Source: Nautiliaceae bacterium
GTDB taxonomy: Bacteria > Campylobacterota > Campylobacteria > Campylobacterales > Nautiliaceae
Reading direction: 5' to 3'
Length of the DNA stretch: 64,000 bases
NCBI GenBank assembly: GCA_039831155.1
Contig: JBDONT010000043.1
Span: 192,001-256,000, forward strand
The notes under the pieces are model-generated. The model saw only the letters and a program-made list of their open reading frames with translations. It was not told where the DNA came from and searched no databases. Of this stretch, positions 1 to 9,985 are shown piece by piece (the first letter of the stretch is position 1; every line of letters begins with the position of its first letter). Position numbers and translations under genes: made by a program.

Positions 1-144
1 TTTTTTATCCAAAAGTCCTATAATATCGGATACCATTTTAATAGTATCTACCGCTTCTTGAGTTATTTTTTTAACTCTCTCATCTAAATATTGGTCTTGT
101 GCTTTTGAAACCTCTTTTGTTACTTCTTTGTTTTCTGTTGCCAT
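1..144 (-). CDS. hypothetical protein, 5' part only (runs off window)
   Basis: ATG at 144 preceded by AAGGAGG SD; reads MATENKEVTKEVSKAQDQYLDERVKK... Confidence 0.6.
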   Translation of the reverse strand, partial: MATENKEVTKEVSKAQDQYLDERVKKITQEAVDTIKMVSDIIGLLDKK

Positions 145-232
145 TTCACCCTCCTTAAAGTTTTTTTAAGCAATAGAATTATATATTATTTTAGCTAATC
201 CTGTCAAGATATTTTACATGAATTCACTCAAC

Positions 233-1132
233 TTATTTGATAAGCCTTTGTCTTAAGAAATTAACCTCCTCTATAATTCCCTCTTTATTAACTTTTCTTT
301 CTATAAAATTAAGCATTCTGTTTACGATATTGCAAAGTCCTCTTGATTCTTTAATTTTTTCTATCTCTTCGTCAATTCTTTCAAGTAAAGTTAAAACAAA
401 CAATATATTGTTGTTATTTATTTCTCTTTTCAATAAAATTTCCAAATTAGGATATTTCTCATTATAAATAAATTCATATTTTTTCTTCTGCTTATCAAGT
501 TCTTCTTGTTCGAAATCAACAATTTTTCTCTTATCCAAAGAATATTCAACATAATGTTTACTTCTAAAACTAGGTCTTTTTTTATACTCTTCAAAAATTT
601 TCATAGCTTCCACTATTTTAAATAAATCGTAATATTCCGACAAAAAAATCATTTTAAAAATATCCATTTCGTCAAATTCCCCCGTTTCCGGATTAAAATA
701 AGGAACTTTTTTTAAATTTCTAATATCTTTCATTTGAGCTTCGTTTAACAAACCTATTATTTTATTATCCTGTAATGTAAAAAAGGGAGAAATTTTATTT
801 ATTAAAAACCCCAAAACGAATTTTTGCCTATTTTCGTCGAAATCCGCATTTACTATAACCAAATATCCGTTTTGAATATTTTTAGCAATCTCTACAAAAC
901 TTTCAAACTTCAACGCGTTATTTTCATCATAAAAACTATCTTTAATACTTTTATGCTCCAATTTAGCAATCGTTTTTAAAAGTTTTAATTTAAAAATTTC
1001 TTTTTTACTTTTTTCTATCTTACAATGTTTAAAAAGCTCTAAAATTTCTTCTCTAACTTTTAAATCTTTTTCTTTTATTTTTTCAAGTTCGGCTTCCAAT
1101 TCTTTAATTTTTCGAAGCAGTAAATTAACCAT
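233..1132 (-). CDS. hypothetical protein (N-terminal coiled coil)
   Basis: 299-aa ORF overlapping the recN stop; no family recognised. Confidence 0.65.
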   Translation of the reverse strand: MVNLLLRKIKELEAELEKIKEKDLKVREEILELFKHCKIEKSKKEIFKLKLLKTIAKLEHKSIKDSFYDENNALKFESFVEIAKNIQNGYLVIVNADFDENRQKFVLGFLINKISPFFTLQDNKIIGLLNEAQMKDIRNLKKVPYFNPETGEFDEMDIFKMIFLSEYYDLFKIVEAMKIFEEYKKRPSFRSKHYVEYSLDKRKIVDFEQEELDKQKKKYEFIYNEKYPNLEILLKREINNNNILFVLTLLERIDEEIEKIKESRGLCNIVNRMLNFIERKVNKEGIIEEVNFLRQRLIK

Positions 1133-2675
1133 TCTTTTCCTTTAATAACTCTTTTGCATATTCTATAGCTTTGTCGGAAATCTCTTTTCCTCCTATAATT
1201 CTAGCTATCTCTTTGACTCTTTCATCTTTTGAGAGTTCTTTTACTATGCTTTTTCCATCTTTTTTGGTTACTAAAAAGTGCTTATCGGCTTTACTCGCCA
1301 GTTGAGGTTGGTGAGAAATGGCAAACACCTGATACCTGGTTGATAAATATTTCAAAACTTCAGCTACACTCATAGACTCTTCTCCACTTAAATTGGCATC
1401 AATTTCATCTAAAAAAAGAGTCTTTTCTTCATCCTCGTACTCTAATCTGCTAGCAAGCATAGCCACCCTTAGTCTGTTAAACTCTCCCGTTGAAATGGTG
1501 TCTATGTCTATATCGTTTACCACAATCTCCACATAATCAATCCCCAGTTCGTTTAATTCGTTTTCATAAAACACTATATCGGCATTCGGCATATAAAGTT
1601 TCAAGAGATAATAGTTTAATTTTTCTTTCAGTTTCAAAGAAGCTTCCCGTCTTTTTTGAGAAATGATTTTAGCTTTTTCTTTCAAAAACTCTTTTAAGGT
1701 TTTTATATCTTTTTGAATATGTTCTTTTTCAAATTCCAAATTTTCAAGTTCTAAGAGTTCTTTTTGTTTTTCTTTAGCATACTCCAACGCTTCCTCTATA
1801 GAACCGTATCTTCTAATCAATTCTTGAAGCATAGAGAGTCTTTGAAGAATCTCTTCAATATCCACCGTTTCAAGATATTCGGCTTTTTCATAAGCATTAT
1901 CTATAGCTATTCTAAGCTCGTTCATAGCGTTTGAAAAAAACTCACTCTCTTCCCCTATCATATCCAAAAACTCATAAACGCTATGTTCAAACTCAAAAAT
2001 CTTCTCAACTTCAAAAATTTTTTCTTTAAGCTTTTCTATTTTGCTTAAATCTTTTTTTATTTTCATAAGCTCTTCAAATTCCCCCTCTTTAGGAGAAATG
2101 TTTTCTATTTTTTCAAGTTCGAACTTTAAAAACTCCTTCTTCTCTTTAGCCTCTTTCTCCAAAGCCGTAAGCCTGTTAAGCTCTTTTTTTAGCTTTTCAT
2201 ATTTTTTAAACTCCTCTTTATACTCTTTTAGTAACTTTTTATAATCACTCTCTTCAATCATACTATCTAAAACCTTAATAACCTCTTCGTTTTCAAACTC
2301 TTTAATCTCCCTTAAAGACAAATAGCTAATAATTTTACTCGCTATCTCCCTTACCATTTTTTTACTTACGGCCTGGTTATTGATAAAAAACCTGTTTTTG
2401 GTCTTTTTTATCTGACGAAAAATAATTACATCCTCTTTATCCAGCCCGAACTCCTCTAAATCCAAATTAGAATCGACAACAGCCTCCCCCACTTTCGCAT
2501 TCAAATCAAAATACCCGAAAATCGATAAAATACCTCTCATTAAAACCGACTTCCCGGCACCACTAGGACCGGTAAAAACTATAAGCCCTTTGCTAAATTC
2601 AAGTTCAATTTCGCTAAACTCAAGCTCAACCTCATCAAACGTTACATACTCTTTTAAATAAACCCTCTCAATCAT
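1125..2675 (-). CDS. recN: DNA repair protein RecN
   Basis: Walker A GPSGAGKS, long coiled coil, STGE signature, Walker B LFLDEID, ISHQPQ; follows nadK. Confidence 0.92.
   Translation of the reverse strand: MIERVYLKEYVTFDEVELEFSEIELEFSKGLIVFTGPSGAGKSVLMRGILSIFGYFDLNAKVGEAVVDSNLDLEEFGLDKEDVIIFRQIKKTKNRFFINNQAVSKKMVREIASKIISYLSLREIKEFENEEVIKVLDSMIEESDYKKLLKEYKEEFKKYEKLKKELNRLTALEKEAKEKKEFLKFELEKIENISPKEGEFEELMKIKKDLSKIEKLKEKIFEVEKIFEFEHSVYEFLDMIGEESEFFSNAMNELRIAIDNAYEKAEYLETVDIEEILQRLSMLQELIRRYGSIEEALEYAKEKQKELLELENLEFEKEHIQKDIKTLKEFLKEKAKIISQKRREASLKLKEKLNYYLLKLYMPNADIVFYENELNELGIDYVEIVVNDIDIDTISTGEFNRLRVAMLASRLEYEDEEKTLFLDEIDANLSGEESMSVAEVLKYLSTRYQVFAISHQPQLASKADKHFLVTKKDGKSIVKELSKDERVKEIARIIGGKEISDKAIEYAKELLKEKNG
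2592..2633. repeat. imperfect in-frame 21-bp tandem duplication in recN 5' end
   Basis: gctaaattcaagttcaatttc / gctaaactcaagctcaacctc; encodes EVELEFS-EIELEFS. Confidence 0.85.
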
Positions 2676-3502
2676 TACCTAGCCTCTCCCCAGTTAAGTT
2701 TTTCCCTTAAAACCTCAAAATAGTTCCTCTCAAGTCTGTGAATGAGTTTTGCCGGGTTTTTTGCTTTTTTTATTTTAATTTTATCTTTTAAGTTAAAAAT
2801 CTCCTGCCCGTCTATTATAAGTTTTGCTATATTCTCTTCGACTTTAAGCTCAAGCTTAAAATGACTCGGCAACACAAGAGGTCTTTGAGTAAGAGAGTGA
2901 GGACATATTGGAGTTAAAATAAAACTCTCCGTTAACGGATAAACAACCGGACCTCCGGCACTTAAATTATAAGCAGTCGAACCGGTGGGAGTTGAGATAA
3001 TAAGCCCGTCTCCGTAATATCTGTTTAAATGAGATTCATTCGTATCCACATCTATATGAATCATTGAAGATATCGTATCTTTAGTAACTACAACGTCATT
3101 AAAAGCGTAAAGTTTAGTTGAATTGTATTCAATCTCTATTACCATTCTCTCATCGATTCTGTATTCGCCCTTTAAAAATTTATCCAAAAACTCATCTATA
3201 TTTTCCGGATTTATATCCGTCAAAAACCCAAGTTTCCCGGCATTTATACCAAGAATCGGCTTATCGTATTTATAACTTCTACGAGCCAAGGAAATTAACG
3301 TCCCGTCTCCACCAAGAGCGACTAAAAAATCGACACTCTTACACATCTGTTCAAAATCCATTCCCAAAATCCCTACAAGTTTGGCAGAAGTTACATCAAT
3401 ATAAACTTCAATACTCTCTTTTTCGAAAATCTTCTTTATTTTAAAAAAAAGCTCTTTTAATTTATCATCCACTATCGGTTTTAAAACAAAGCCGGCTTTC
3501 AC
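2675..3502 (-). CDS. nadK: NAD(+) kinase
   Basis: GGDGT, GINAGKLGFL, TPTGSTAYNLSAGG motifs. Confidence 0.95.
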   Translation of the reverse strand: MKAGFVLKPIVDDKLKELFFKIKKIFEKESIEVYIDVTSAKLVGILGMDFEQMCKSVDFLVALGGDGTLISLARRSYKYDKPILGINAGKLGFLTDINPENIDEFLDKFLKGEYRIDERMVIEIEYNSTKLYAFNDVVVTKDTISSMIHIDVDTNESHLNRYYGDGLIISTPTGSTAYNLSAGGPVVYPLTESFILTPICPHSLTQRPLVLPSHFKLELKVEENIAKLIIDGQEIFNLKDKIKIKKAKNPAKLIHRLERNYFEVLREKLNWGEAR

Positions 3503-3522
3503 TTTTTACCTTTTTTTTCATA

Positions 3523-3598
3523 ATTATACCAATTATTAAATATTAGTTTTTCTTATAAGAAACCCTCTCCTTACAAAATTAACGCTTTTTGGTATAAT
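3523..3598. promoter_or_regulatory. divergent extended -10 promoters for nadK and aspS
   Basis: TGGTATAAT on minus at 3523-3531 and on plus at 3590-3598. Confidence 0.7.
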
Positions 3599-3618
3599 TT
3601 CGACAAAAAAGGAAATTA

Positions 3619-5385
3619 ATGAGAACTCATTACTGTGCCGAAGTAAACGAAAACCTAGTAGGCCAAAAGGTTGAATTAGTAGGATGGGTTAACTCTCACA
3701 GAGACCACGGGGGAGTAATTTTTATAGATTTAAGAGACAGAAGTGGAATAGTTCAGATAGTTGCCGACCCGGCTGATAGCAAAAAAGCTCACAAAGTTGC
3801 AGAAGAGATAAAAGATGAGTATGTATTGAAAGTAAAAGGGTTAGTAAGATTCAGAGGCGAAGGGCTTGAAAACCCGAAACTAAAAACAGGTAAAATAGAA
3901 GTAGTTGCAGAAGAGATAACAATAGAAAACAAAAGCGAAGTTTTACCTTTTCAAATCGGAGATAAAAACGTAAACGAAGAATTAAGACTCAAATACAGAT
4001 ACTTAGACCTAAGAAGTCCAGATATGCTTGAAACTTTTGTTTTAAGAAGTAAAGTTACAAAAGCAATAAGAGACTATTTTGACAAAAACGGATTTATAGA
4101 TGTAGAAACTCCCGTACTTACAAAATCTACACCAGAAGGAGCAAGAGATTATTTAGTTCCAAGCAGGGTTCACCCTGGAGAATTTTATGCACTTCCTCAA
4201 TCACCTCAGCTTTTTAAACAAATCCTAATGGTAGCAGGATTTGACAAATACTATCAAATTGCAAAGTGTTTTAGAGACGAAGACCTAAGAGCAGAGAGAC
4301 AACCAGAGTTCACACAAGTTGATATTGAGATGAGTTTTGTTGAAGAAGACGATGTAATTGAAACAATTGAAGGAATGGTAAAAGAAGCGTTTAAAGTTGC
4401 AGGAATTGACGTAACTCTTCCAATTAAAAGAATGACTTATGCAGAAGCTATGGAGAAATACGGAAGCGATAAGCCAGATTTAAGATTTGATTTGGCAATG
4501 GTAGATGTAATTGATGAATTTGCAGATTCAAACAACGAAATTTTTAGTGCTATTGCAAAAGACAAAAAAAATAACAGATTCAAAGCCCTAAAAGTACCGG
4601 GTGGAGATAAGTTTTACAGCAGAAAAATGCTAAAAGAACTTGAAAATTTTGTTAGAAAATTCGGAGCAAAAGGTCTTGCATATATTCAAGTAAAAGAAGA
4701 AGGATTAAAAGGTCCTATTCTTAAATTTATGAGTGAAAATTCTTTAAATAGGCTAATTGAAAAAGTAAACCCACAAGTTGGAGATATCATCTTTTTTGGT
4801 GCGGGAGATAAAAAAACAGTTCTTGATTATATGGGAAGATTAAGAGTTAAAATTGCAAAAGATATGGGACTTATTAACGAAAATGAGTATAATTTCGTAT
4901 GGATTGTAGATTTTCCTATGTTTGAAAAAGACGACCAAGGCAATCCAACTCCACTTCATCACCCATTCACAATGCCGGATATGGAGACTTGGGATGAAGA
5001 AAACTTTGAAGATATTCAATCAATTGCATACGATTTAGTATGTAACGGATACGAAATCGGTGGTGGAAGTATCAGGATTCATAAAGAAGAGATTCAAGAA
5101 AAAGTATTTAAATTTCTTGGAATTGATGAGATGGAAGCAAGAGAAAAATTTGGATTTTTACTTGATGCATTAAAATTCGGTGCACCACCTCACGGTGGAT
5201 TTGCACTTGGACTTGATAGAGTTATTATGCTTATGAGAAAAACTGATAACATAAGAGATGTTATAGCATTCCCTAAAACTCAAAAAGCTCAGTGTCTATT
5301 AACAGGTGCACCAAGTGAAGTTGACAAATCCCAAATAAAAGAACTTCACATCAGAATCAAAAAACCAAAAGCGGATAATGAATAA
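3619..5385 (+). CDS. aspS: aspartate--tRNA ligase
   Basis: MRTHYC start, [36 protein letters not shown]. Confidence 0.97.
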   Translation: MRTHYCAEVNENLVGQKVELVGWVNSHRDHGGVIFIDLRDRSGIVQIVADPADSKKAHKVAEEIKDEYVLKVKGLVRFRGEGLENPKLKTGKIEVVAEEITIENKSEVLPFQIGDKNVNEELRLKYRYLDLRSPDMLETFVLRSKVTKAIRDYFDKNGFIDVETPVLTKSTPEGARDYLVPSRVHPGEFYALPQSPQLFKQILMVAGFDKYYQIAKCFRDEDLRAERQPEFTQVDIEMSFVEEDDVIETIEGMVKEAFKVAGIDVTLPIKRMTYAEAMEKYGSDKPDLRFDLAMVDVIDEFADSNNEIFSAIAKDKKNNRFKALKVPGGDKFYSRKMLKELENFVRKFGAKGLAYIQVKEEGLKGPILKFMSENSLNRLIEKVNPQVGDIIFFGAGDKKTVLDYMGRLRVKIAKDMGLINENEYNFVWIVDFPMFEKDDQGNPTPLHHPFTMPDMETWDEENFEDIQSIAYDLVCNGYEIGGGSIRIHKEEIQEKVFKFLGIDEMEAREKFGFLLDALKFGAPPHGGFALGLDRVIMLMRKTDNIRDVIAFPKTQKAQCLLTGAPSEVDKSQIKELHIRIKKPKADNE

Positions 5386-5635
5386 ACAAGTTACGTTAAC
5401 GTTAGCTAATTTAAAAAAAAACGACGTTTTTAAAATTGTAGGATTTGATGAAAGTTGTGGAAATTTTAAACAAAGACTAAATGATTTGGGTTTAGCAAAA
5501 GGTCAAATCGGACAGATTATCAACAAATCTCTTTTCGGTCCGATTGAAATCGACATAGAGGGAAGAAAACTCGCCCTCGGAAGAGGTATGAGTAAAAAAA
5601 TAAAAGTAAAAAAATTTGAATGTCCAATACTATAA
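5378..5635 (+). CDS. feoA: FeoA-family protein
   Basis: 85 aa with RLNDLGL...GPI...LALGRGM pattern. Confidence 0.8.
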   Translation: MNKQVTLTLANLKKNDVFKIVGFDESCGNFKQRLNDLGLAKGQIGQIINKSLFGPIEIDIEGRKLALGRGMSKKIKVKKFECPIL

Positions 5636-5646
5636 AAGGAGTCACG

Positions 5647-6225
5647 ATGAAAAAACTGTTTTTAATCATAGGAGCACCGGGAAGTGGAAAAACAACCGAC
5701 GCAGAGCTTATCGCAGAGAGAAACTCTGATAAAATAGTTCACTACTCAACCGGAGATTTACTAAGAGCAGAAGTTGCAAGTGGAAGTGAACTGGGTAAAA
5801 CTATCAAAAGCTACATAGACAACGGGAACTTAGTACCACTTGAAATTGTAATTAACACAATTAAAAGTGCAATTGAAAAAGCACCTAAAGATATCGTTTT
5901 AATTGACGGTTTTCCAAGAAGTGTAGAACAGATGAAAGCACTTGACGAAATGCTTAAAACCAGTGACGATATAGAACTTGTAAGCGTAATTGAAGTTGAG
6001 GTTAGCGAAGACGTAGCACGTGAGAGAGTTTTAGGACGTGCAAGAGGGGCTGATGATAATGAAGAAGTGTTTAATAACAGAATGAAAGTATTTTTAGAAC
6101 CCCTAAAAGATATCGAAGAGTTTTACACTGCCCAAAACAAACTAATTAAAATCAACGGTGAAAGAACTATAGAAGAGATTGTTGAAGAGATGGAAAAAAT
6201 TATTAAAGAAAAAGCAGGAATTTAA
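5647..6225 (+). CDS. adk: adenylate kinase
   Basis: [25 protein letters not shown] at 5647 after AAGGAG. Confidence 0.95.
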   Translation: MKKLFLIIGAPGSGKTTDAELIAERNSDKIVHYSTGDLLRAEVASGSELGKTIKSYIDNGNLVPLEIVINTIKSAIEKAPKDIVLIDGFPRSVEQMKALDEMLKTSDDIELVSVIEVEVSEDVARERVLGRARGADDNEEVFNNRMKVFLEPLKDIEEFYTAQNKLIKINGERTIEEIVEEMEKIIKEKAGI

Positions 6226-6944
6226 TGAAAATTTTTCAAGTTATAATCGGAACCGAAATATTAAACGGTAGAAGAGAAGATAAACATTTTCAATTTTTAA
6301 AAGAAACTTTATTAAAAAGAGGCTATGAACTTTTTGCCTCTTTTATAGTAAAAGACGATCCGAATCTACTTGAAAACATTTTTTCTATTATCAAAAACAC
6401 TCCCGAGTCTATGCTTTTTTGTTATGGTGGAATAGGAGCTACTCCGGATGACTTTACAAGAGAAACAGCCGCAAAAATATTTACAAACGGATTAATGGAA
6501 TATAATTCGGAATTTAAAAATCTCCTAGATAAAAAATTTCCAAATGAAGATAATACCAAAAAATATCTTTTAGCTTACTGGCCTAAAAATGCAAAACCTT
6601 TAAAAAACAATCCCGTAAACGATTATCCCGGATTTTATATAGAAAATAGATATTTTTTTATGCCCGGATTTCCTCAAATGGCACATCCTATGACAAAAGA
6701 AGCAATCGAAAAATTTCTACCTCAAAAAGAAATAAAAAAGCGTTACACCTTAATAGCATATGCTAAAGAATCGGAAATGTTGGATATTATGAAAAAAATA
6801 CCTAAAGAAATAGAATTCTCCACTCTTCCTAAATTAGATTATCAATCTGAAATTTCTTTTGCGGGAGAAAACGCCCTAAAAGCATATGAGTGGTTTAAAA
6901 AAGAACTTATATCTCATTCTATAAAATTTAAAGAGATAAAATGA
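6225..6944 (+). CDS. CinA-like molybdopterin-binding domain protein
   Basis: IIGTEILNG, GGIGATPDD, MPGFP motifs. Confidence 0.85.
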   Translation: MKIFQVIIGTEILNGRREDKHFQFLKETLLKRGYELFASFIVKDDPNLLENIFSIIKNTPESMLFCYGGIGATPDDFTRETAAKIFTNGLMEYNSEFKNLLDKKFPNEDNTKKYLLAYWPKNAKPLKNNPVNDYPGFYIENRYFFMPGFPQMAHPMTKEAIEKFLPQKEIKKRYTLIAYAKESEMLDIMKKIPKEIEFSTLPKLDYQSEISFAGENALKAYEWFKKELISHSIKFKEIK

Positions 6945-7393
6945 TATATTACATTATTTTATTAATATCTTTATCAATAATTTCCATAACCTTATATAAT
7001 TTCTTCAAAGCTTCAAAAGTTGAAAAAAATTTTGATAACTATCTGTTTTTAATAACCACGGAAAGAGGTTATTATATAGGTACTGTTCTTTTTTCTTTGA
7101 GTTTAATGACTATAGCAGCATTTCAAGCAATGCCGTTTGTATTTGATTTAAGAGTTTTTAGTATTATCTTTTTCTTTTTTTCAGTGTTTTTACTTTCATT
7201 GTCTCATCTTGTATATCATAACAGTATCAAAAAAAAGTGCAGTGATTATAAAGAGTTTTTTAAAGAGTTTGAAATAGACTTAAACAATAAATGTCAAAGA
7301 CTTATGCTAAAACATATCCATGATAAAGAAAAAGATTTAAATAAAGTAAAAGAGATTTTTAAAAGAAACAAACATCTTTGCAAAGAAGATTAA
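6941..7393 (+). CDS. hypothetical membrane protein
   Basis: three hydrophobic segments; ATGA-coupled to upstream gene. Confidence 0.6.
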   Translation: MIYYIILLISLSIISITLYNFFKASKVEKNFDNYLFLITTERGYYIGTVLFSLSLMTIAAFQAMPFVFDLRVFSIIFFFFSVFLLSLSHLVYHNSIKKKCSDYKEFFKEFEIDLNNKCQRLMLKHIHDKEKDLNKVKEIFKRNKHLCKED

Positions 7394-7812
7394 TTTTTTT
7401 CTATCTTCTTTACTTCGATAATCTCAACGTCAATAATTTCATCATCTCCGTAATGAGTATGATGATAATACTTGTGAGAGGGAAAAAGTTTTTTAGCAAA
7501 AAATCTAGCAACTCCTTCAAACATCAATAAAACACCTAAAATATCACTAAAAACCCCCGGTATAAAAAGAAGTATTCCTCCTATTAACCTAAACAACCCT
7601 ATGGACAAAAACTCCTCTTCACTCATTTCTCTTCTTAAAACTCTTTGCATACTTTCAGCCAAAGAAAAATTCAAACTTCTAATTACACTTATACCTATAA
7701 TAGCAGTTAATAAAACTTCCAAAAAAAGCCCAAAAGGCGTAAAAACTTTTGCGAACTCATAAGAAAAAATAATTTCCAAAAACAGATACGCTAAAAAATA
7801 AATTAGTCCCAT
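7390..7812 (-). CDS. fxsA: FxsA-family membrane protein
   Basis: GGILLFIPGVFSDILG and C-terminal IIDVE. Confidence 0.85.
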   Translation of the reverse strand: MGLIYFLAYLFLEIIFSYEFAKVFTPFGLFLEVLLTAIIGISVIRSLNFSLAESMQRVLRREMSEEEFLSIGLFRLIGGILLFIPGVFSDILGVLLMFEGVARFFAKKLFPSHKYYHHTHYGDDEIIDVEIIEVKKIEKN

Positions 7813-7817
7813 AATTT

Positions 7818-8213
7818 TTACCTTTTTAGAAGAACTAAATCCTCAACTTTTTTAAATCCGGATTTTTCATAAAAACCTATCATTTCATCTTTACAGTAAA
7901 GCTCGAATGTTTTTACGTTTTTTAGTTCTTTATGATTTAATATTTCATTCATAAGTATTTTAGCATAACCTTTGTTTCTAAAATCCTCTTTAACTATAAC
8001 ATCAAAAATAAAAGCTTTATAAACCCTGTCGCTTAAAACCCTGCTAAAAGCAACAAGTTCATCATTTTCAACAATTCCAAAAACTAAAGTGGTGTTTTGA
8101 AGCATTTTAATAACTTCTTCCTTGCTTCTATTTTTAGTCCACCACTCGTTTTTGTAAAGATTCATTAAATCATCAATGTAATTATCCGCGTTATATACTA
8201 TTTCCATTTCCAC
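7818..8213 (-). CDS. GNAT-family acetyltransferase
   Basis: DVIVKEDFRNKGYA acetyl-CoA motif, FYEKSGF. Confidence 0.88.
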   Translation of the reverse strand: MEMEIVYNADNYIDDLMNLYKNEWWTKNRSKEEVIKMLQNTTLVFGIVENDELVAFSRVLSDRVYKAFIFDVIVKEDFRNKGYAKILMNEILNHKELKNVKTFELYCKDEMIGFYEKSGFKKVEDLVLLKR

Positions 8214-8217
8214 TTTT

Positions 8218-8244
8218 CGCTAAAAAATCCAAAGATTTTTTAGT
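8218..8244 (-). terminator. hairpin after proS
   Basis: ctaaaaaatc-caaa-gattttttag inverted repeat directly after the proS stop. Confidence 0.55.
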
Positions 8245-8247
8245 GTA

Positions 8248-9972
8248 TTATTTGTTTATTAATTCCATAATTTTCTCAAGAGCCATATCTTTATCAACTT
8301 CAAACTTATCACCCGTTTTTCTGTCCCTAATTTCAACTTTACCACTTTTAAGTTTTTTACCCACAATCACCCCAATAGGAAAACCAACAAGCTCAAAATC
8401 TGCAATTTTTGGACCAAATCTTTCACTTCTATCATCAAGAATAGTTTTAACTCCCGCTTTTTTAAGCTCTTCATATAAATTTGTAGCAAAATCTAATTGC
8501 TCTTCTTTTTTAACATCTCCTACAATTATATCAACCACAAAAGGTGCTATCTCTTTTGGCCAAATTATCCCTTTATCATCGTGATTTTGCTCAATTGCCG
8601 CAGCAATAAGTCTTGATACCCCAATTCCATAACATCCCATAATAAAAGGCTTAGCTTTTCCATTCTCATCAAGAAAAGTTGCATTCATAGGTTCAGAGTA
8701 AACCGTACCAAGCTTAAAGATATGTCCAACTTCAATTCCTTTTGTAATTTTTAAAGGCTTCCCACATTTTGGACACAAATCCCCCTCTTTCACAGCTGCA
8801 ATATCTCTATAAATCGTTAAATTCCCAAGTAGATTTGCATCAAGAAGTCCTGCTCCTTTTATATGATAATCTTTTTTATTTGCTCCACAAACTAACTCTT
8901 CTGCCATTCTTAAATCATCATCAATTACATACTTAATATTGCTTGGAAGTCCAAAAGGTCCAATAAATCCAGGCACAAGTCCCACTTTTTCAAGCTCATC
9001 TTCACTTGCATCAACAAGCTCCAAGGCTCCAACTGCATTTTTTGCTTTTGTCTCTTCTAATGTATCAGTTCCCCTTACAAAAAATACAACTATCTCCTCT
9101 TCTCCATTATCATAAATAGCCTTTTTAGCAACAGCTTTAATACTAAAATAAGGGTCAATTCCTAAAAACTCACAAACTTCTTCTATACTCTTTTTATCCG
9201 GAGTATACACTTCTTCGATTATTTCTGTTTTAATTGGATTTTCTCTTTTTTCGTTTTTTCTTTTTGCAACTTCAATATTTGCCGCATAATTACACTCACT
9301 GCAAACTACTATATCATCTTCTCCTGTATCAGCTAAAACCATAAACTCTTTACTACCTTTTCCACCAATAGCACCGCTATCAGCCTCAACTACTCTAAAA
9401 TCAAGCCCCATTCTTTTAAAAATTTCACTATAAGTCTCTTCCATTAAGTTAAATTCTCTATCCAAATCCTCTTTTGTAGCGTGAAAAGAGTAAGCGTCTT
9501 TCATTATAAATTCACGCCCTCTAAGAAGCCCAAATCTCGGTCTTGCTTCATCTCTAAATTTAAGATTTATTTGATATAAATTAACCGGAAGCTGTTTATA
9601 ACTTTTAATAGTCCCTCTTACTAAATCAACTACACTTTCTTCATTTGTAGGTGAAAGTACAAACTTTTGCCCTTTTCTATCTTCAATTCTTAAAAGCTCA
9701 TCACCATATTTTTTAGCCCTTCCTGTCTCTTCCCATAATTCATATGGAGTAACAAAACTTAGCATCACTTCCTGAGCCCCTGCTTTATCCATCTCTTCTT
9801 TAATTATTGCTCTTATATTATCAAGCACCATCTTCCCAAGAGGTGCAAAATCGTATATTCCGGCTGCGACTTGTTTTATATATCCACCTCTAACTAAATA
9901 TTTATGACTCGGCGTTACTGCATCTTTTGGTGCTTCTTTTAATGTATAAGCAAAAAATCTAGACCATCTCAT
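8248..9972 (-). CDS. proS: proline--tRNA ligase
   Basis: FRDEARPRFGLLRGREF, GIEVGHIFKLG, MGCYGIGVSR; ATG at 9972 after AAGGAG. Confidence 0.97.
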   Translation of the reverse strand: MRWSRFFAYTLKEAPKDAVTPSHKYLVRGGYIKQVAAGIYDFAPLGKMVLDNIRAIIKEEMDKAGAQEVMLSFVTPYELWEETGRAKKYGDELLRIEDRKGQKFVLSPTNEESVVDLVRGTIKSYKQLPVNLYQINLKFRDEARPRFGLLRGREFIMKDAYSFHATKEDLDREFNLMEETYSEIFKRMGLDFRVVEADSGAIGGKGSKEFMVLADTGEDDIVVCSECNYAANIEVAKRKNEKRENPIKTEIIEEVYTPDKKSIEEVCEFLGIDPYFSIKAVAKKAIYDNGEEEIVVFFVRGTDTLEETKAKNAVGALELVDASEDELEKVGLVPGFIGPFGLPSNIKYVIDDDLRMAEELVCGANKKDYHIKGAGLLDANLLGNLTIYRDIAAVKEGDLCPKCGKPLKITKGIEVGHIFKLGTVYSEPMNATFLDENGKAKPFIMGCYGIGVSRLIAAAIEQNHDDKGIIWPKEIAPFVVDIIVGDVKKEEQLDFATNLYEELKKAGVKTILDDRSERFGPKIADFELVGFPIGVIVGKKLKSGKVEIRDRKTGDKFEVDKDMALEKIMELINK

Positions 9973-9985
9973 CAAATCTCCTTTA
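9971..9985. repeat. 15-bp direct repeat, left copy (target-site duplication)
   Basis: ATCAAATCTCCTTTA, identical to 13781-13795. Confidence 0.92.

Noticed and set aside
233-1132. Degenerate GGDEF domain
   Set aside because: Only a vague resemblance; no diagnostic motif.
7789-8228. 11-bp repeat CGCTAAAAAAT around the GNAT gene
   Set aside because: Short and A-rich. One copy is inside fxsA and the other is a hairpin arm, so deletion would not restore a sensible junction.
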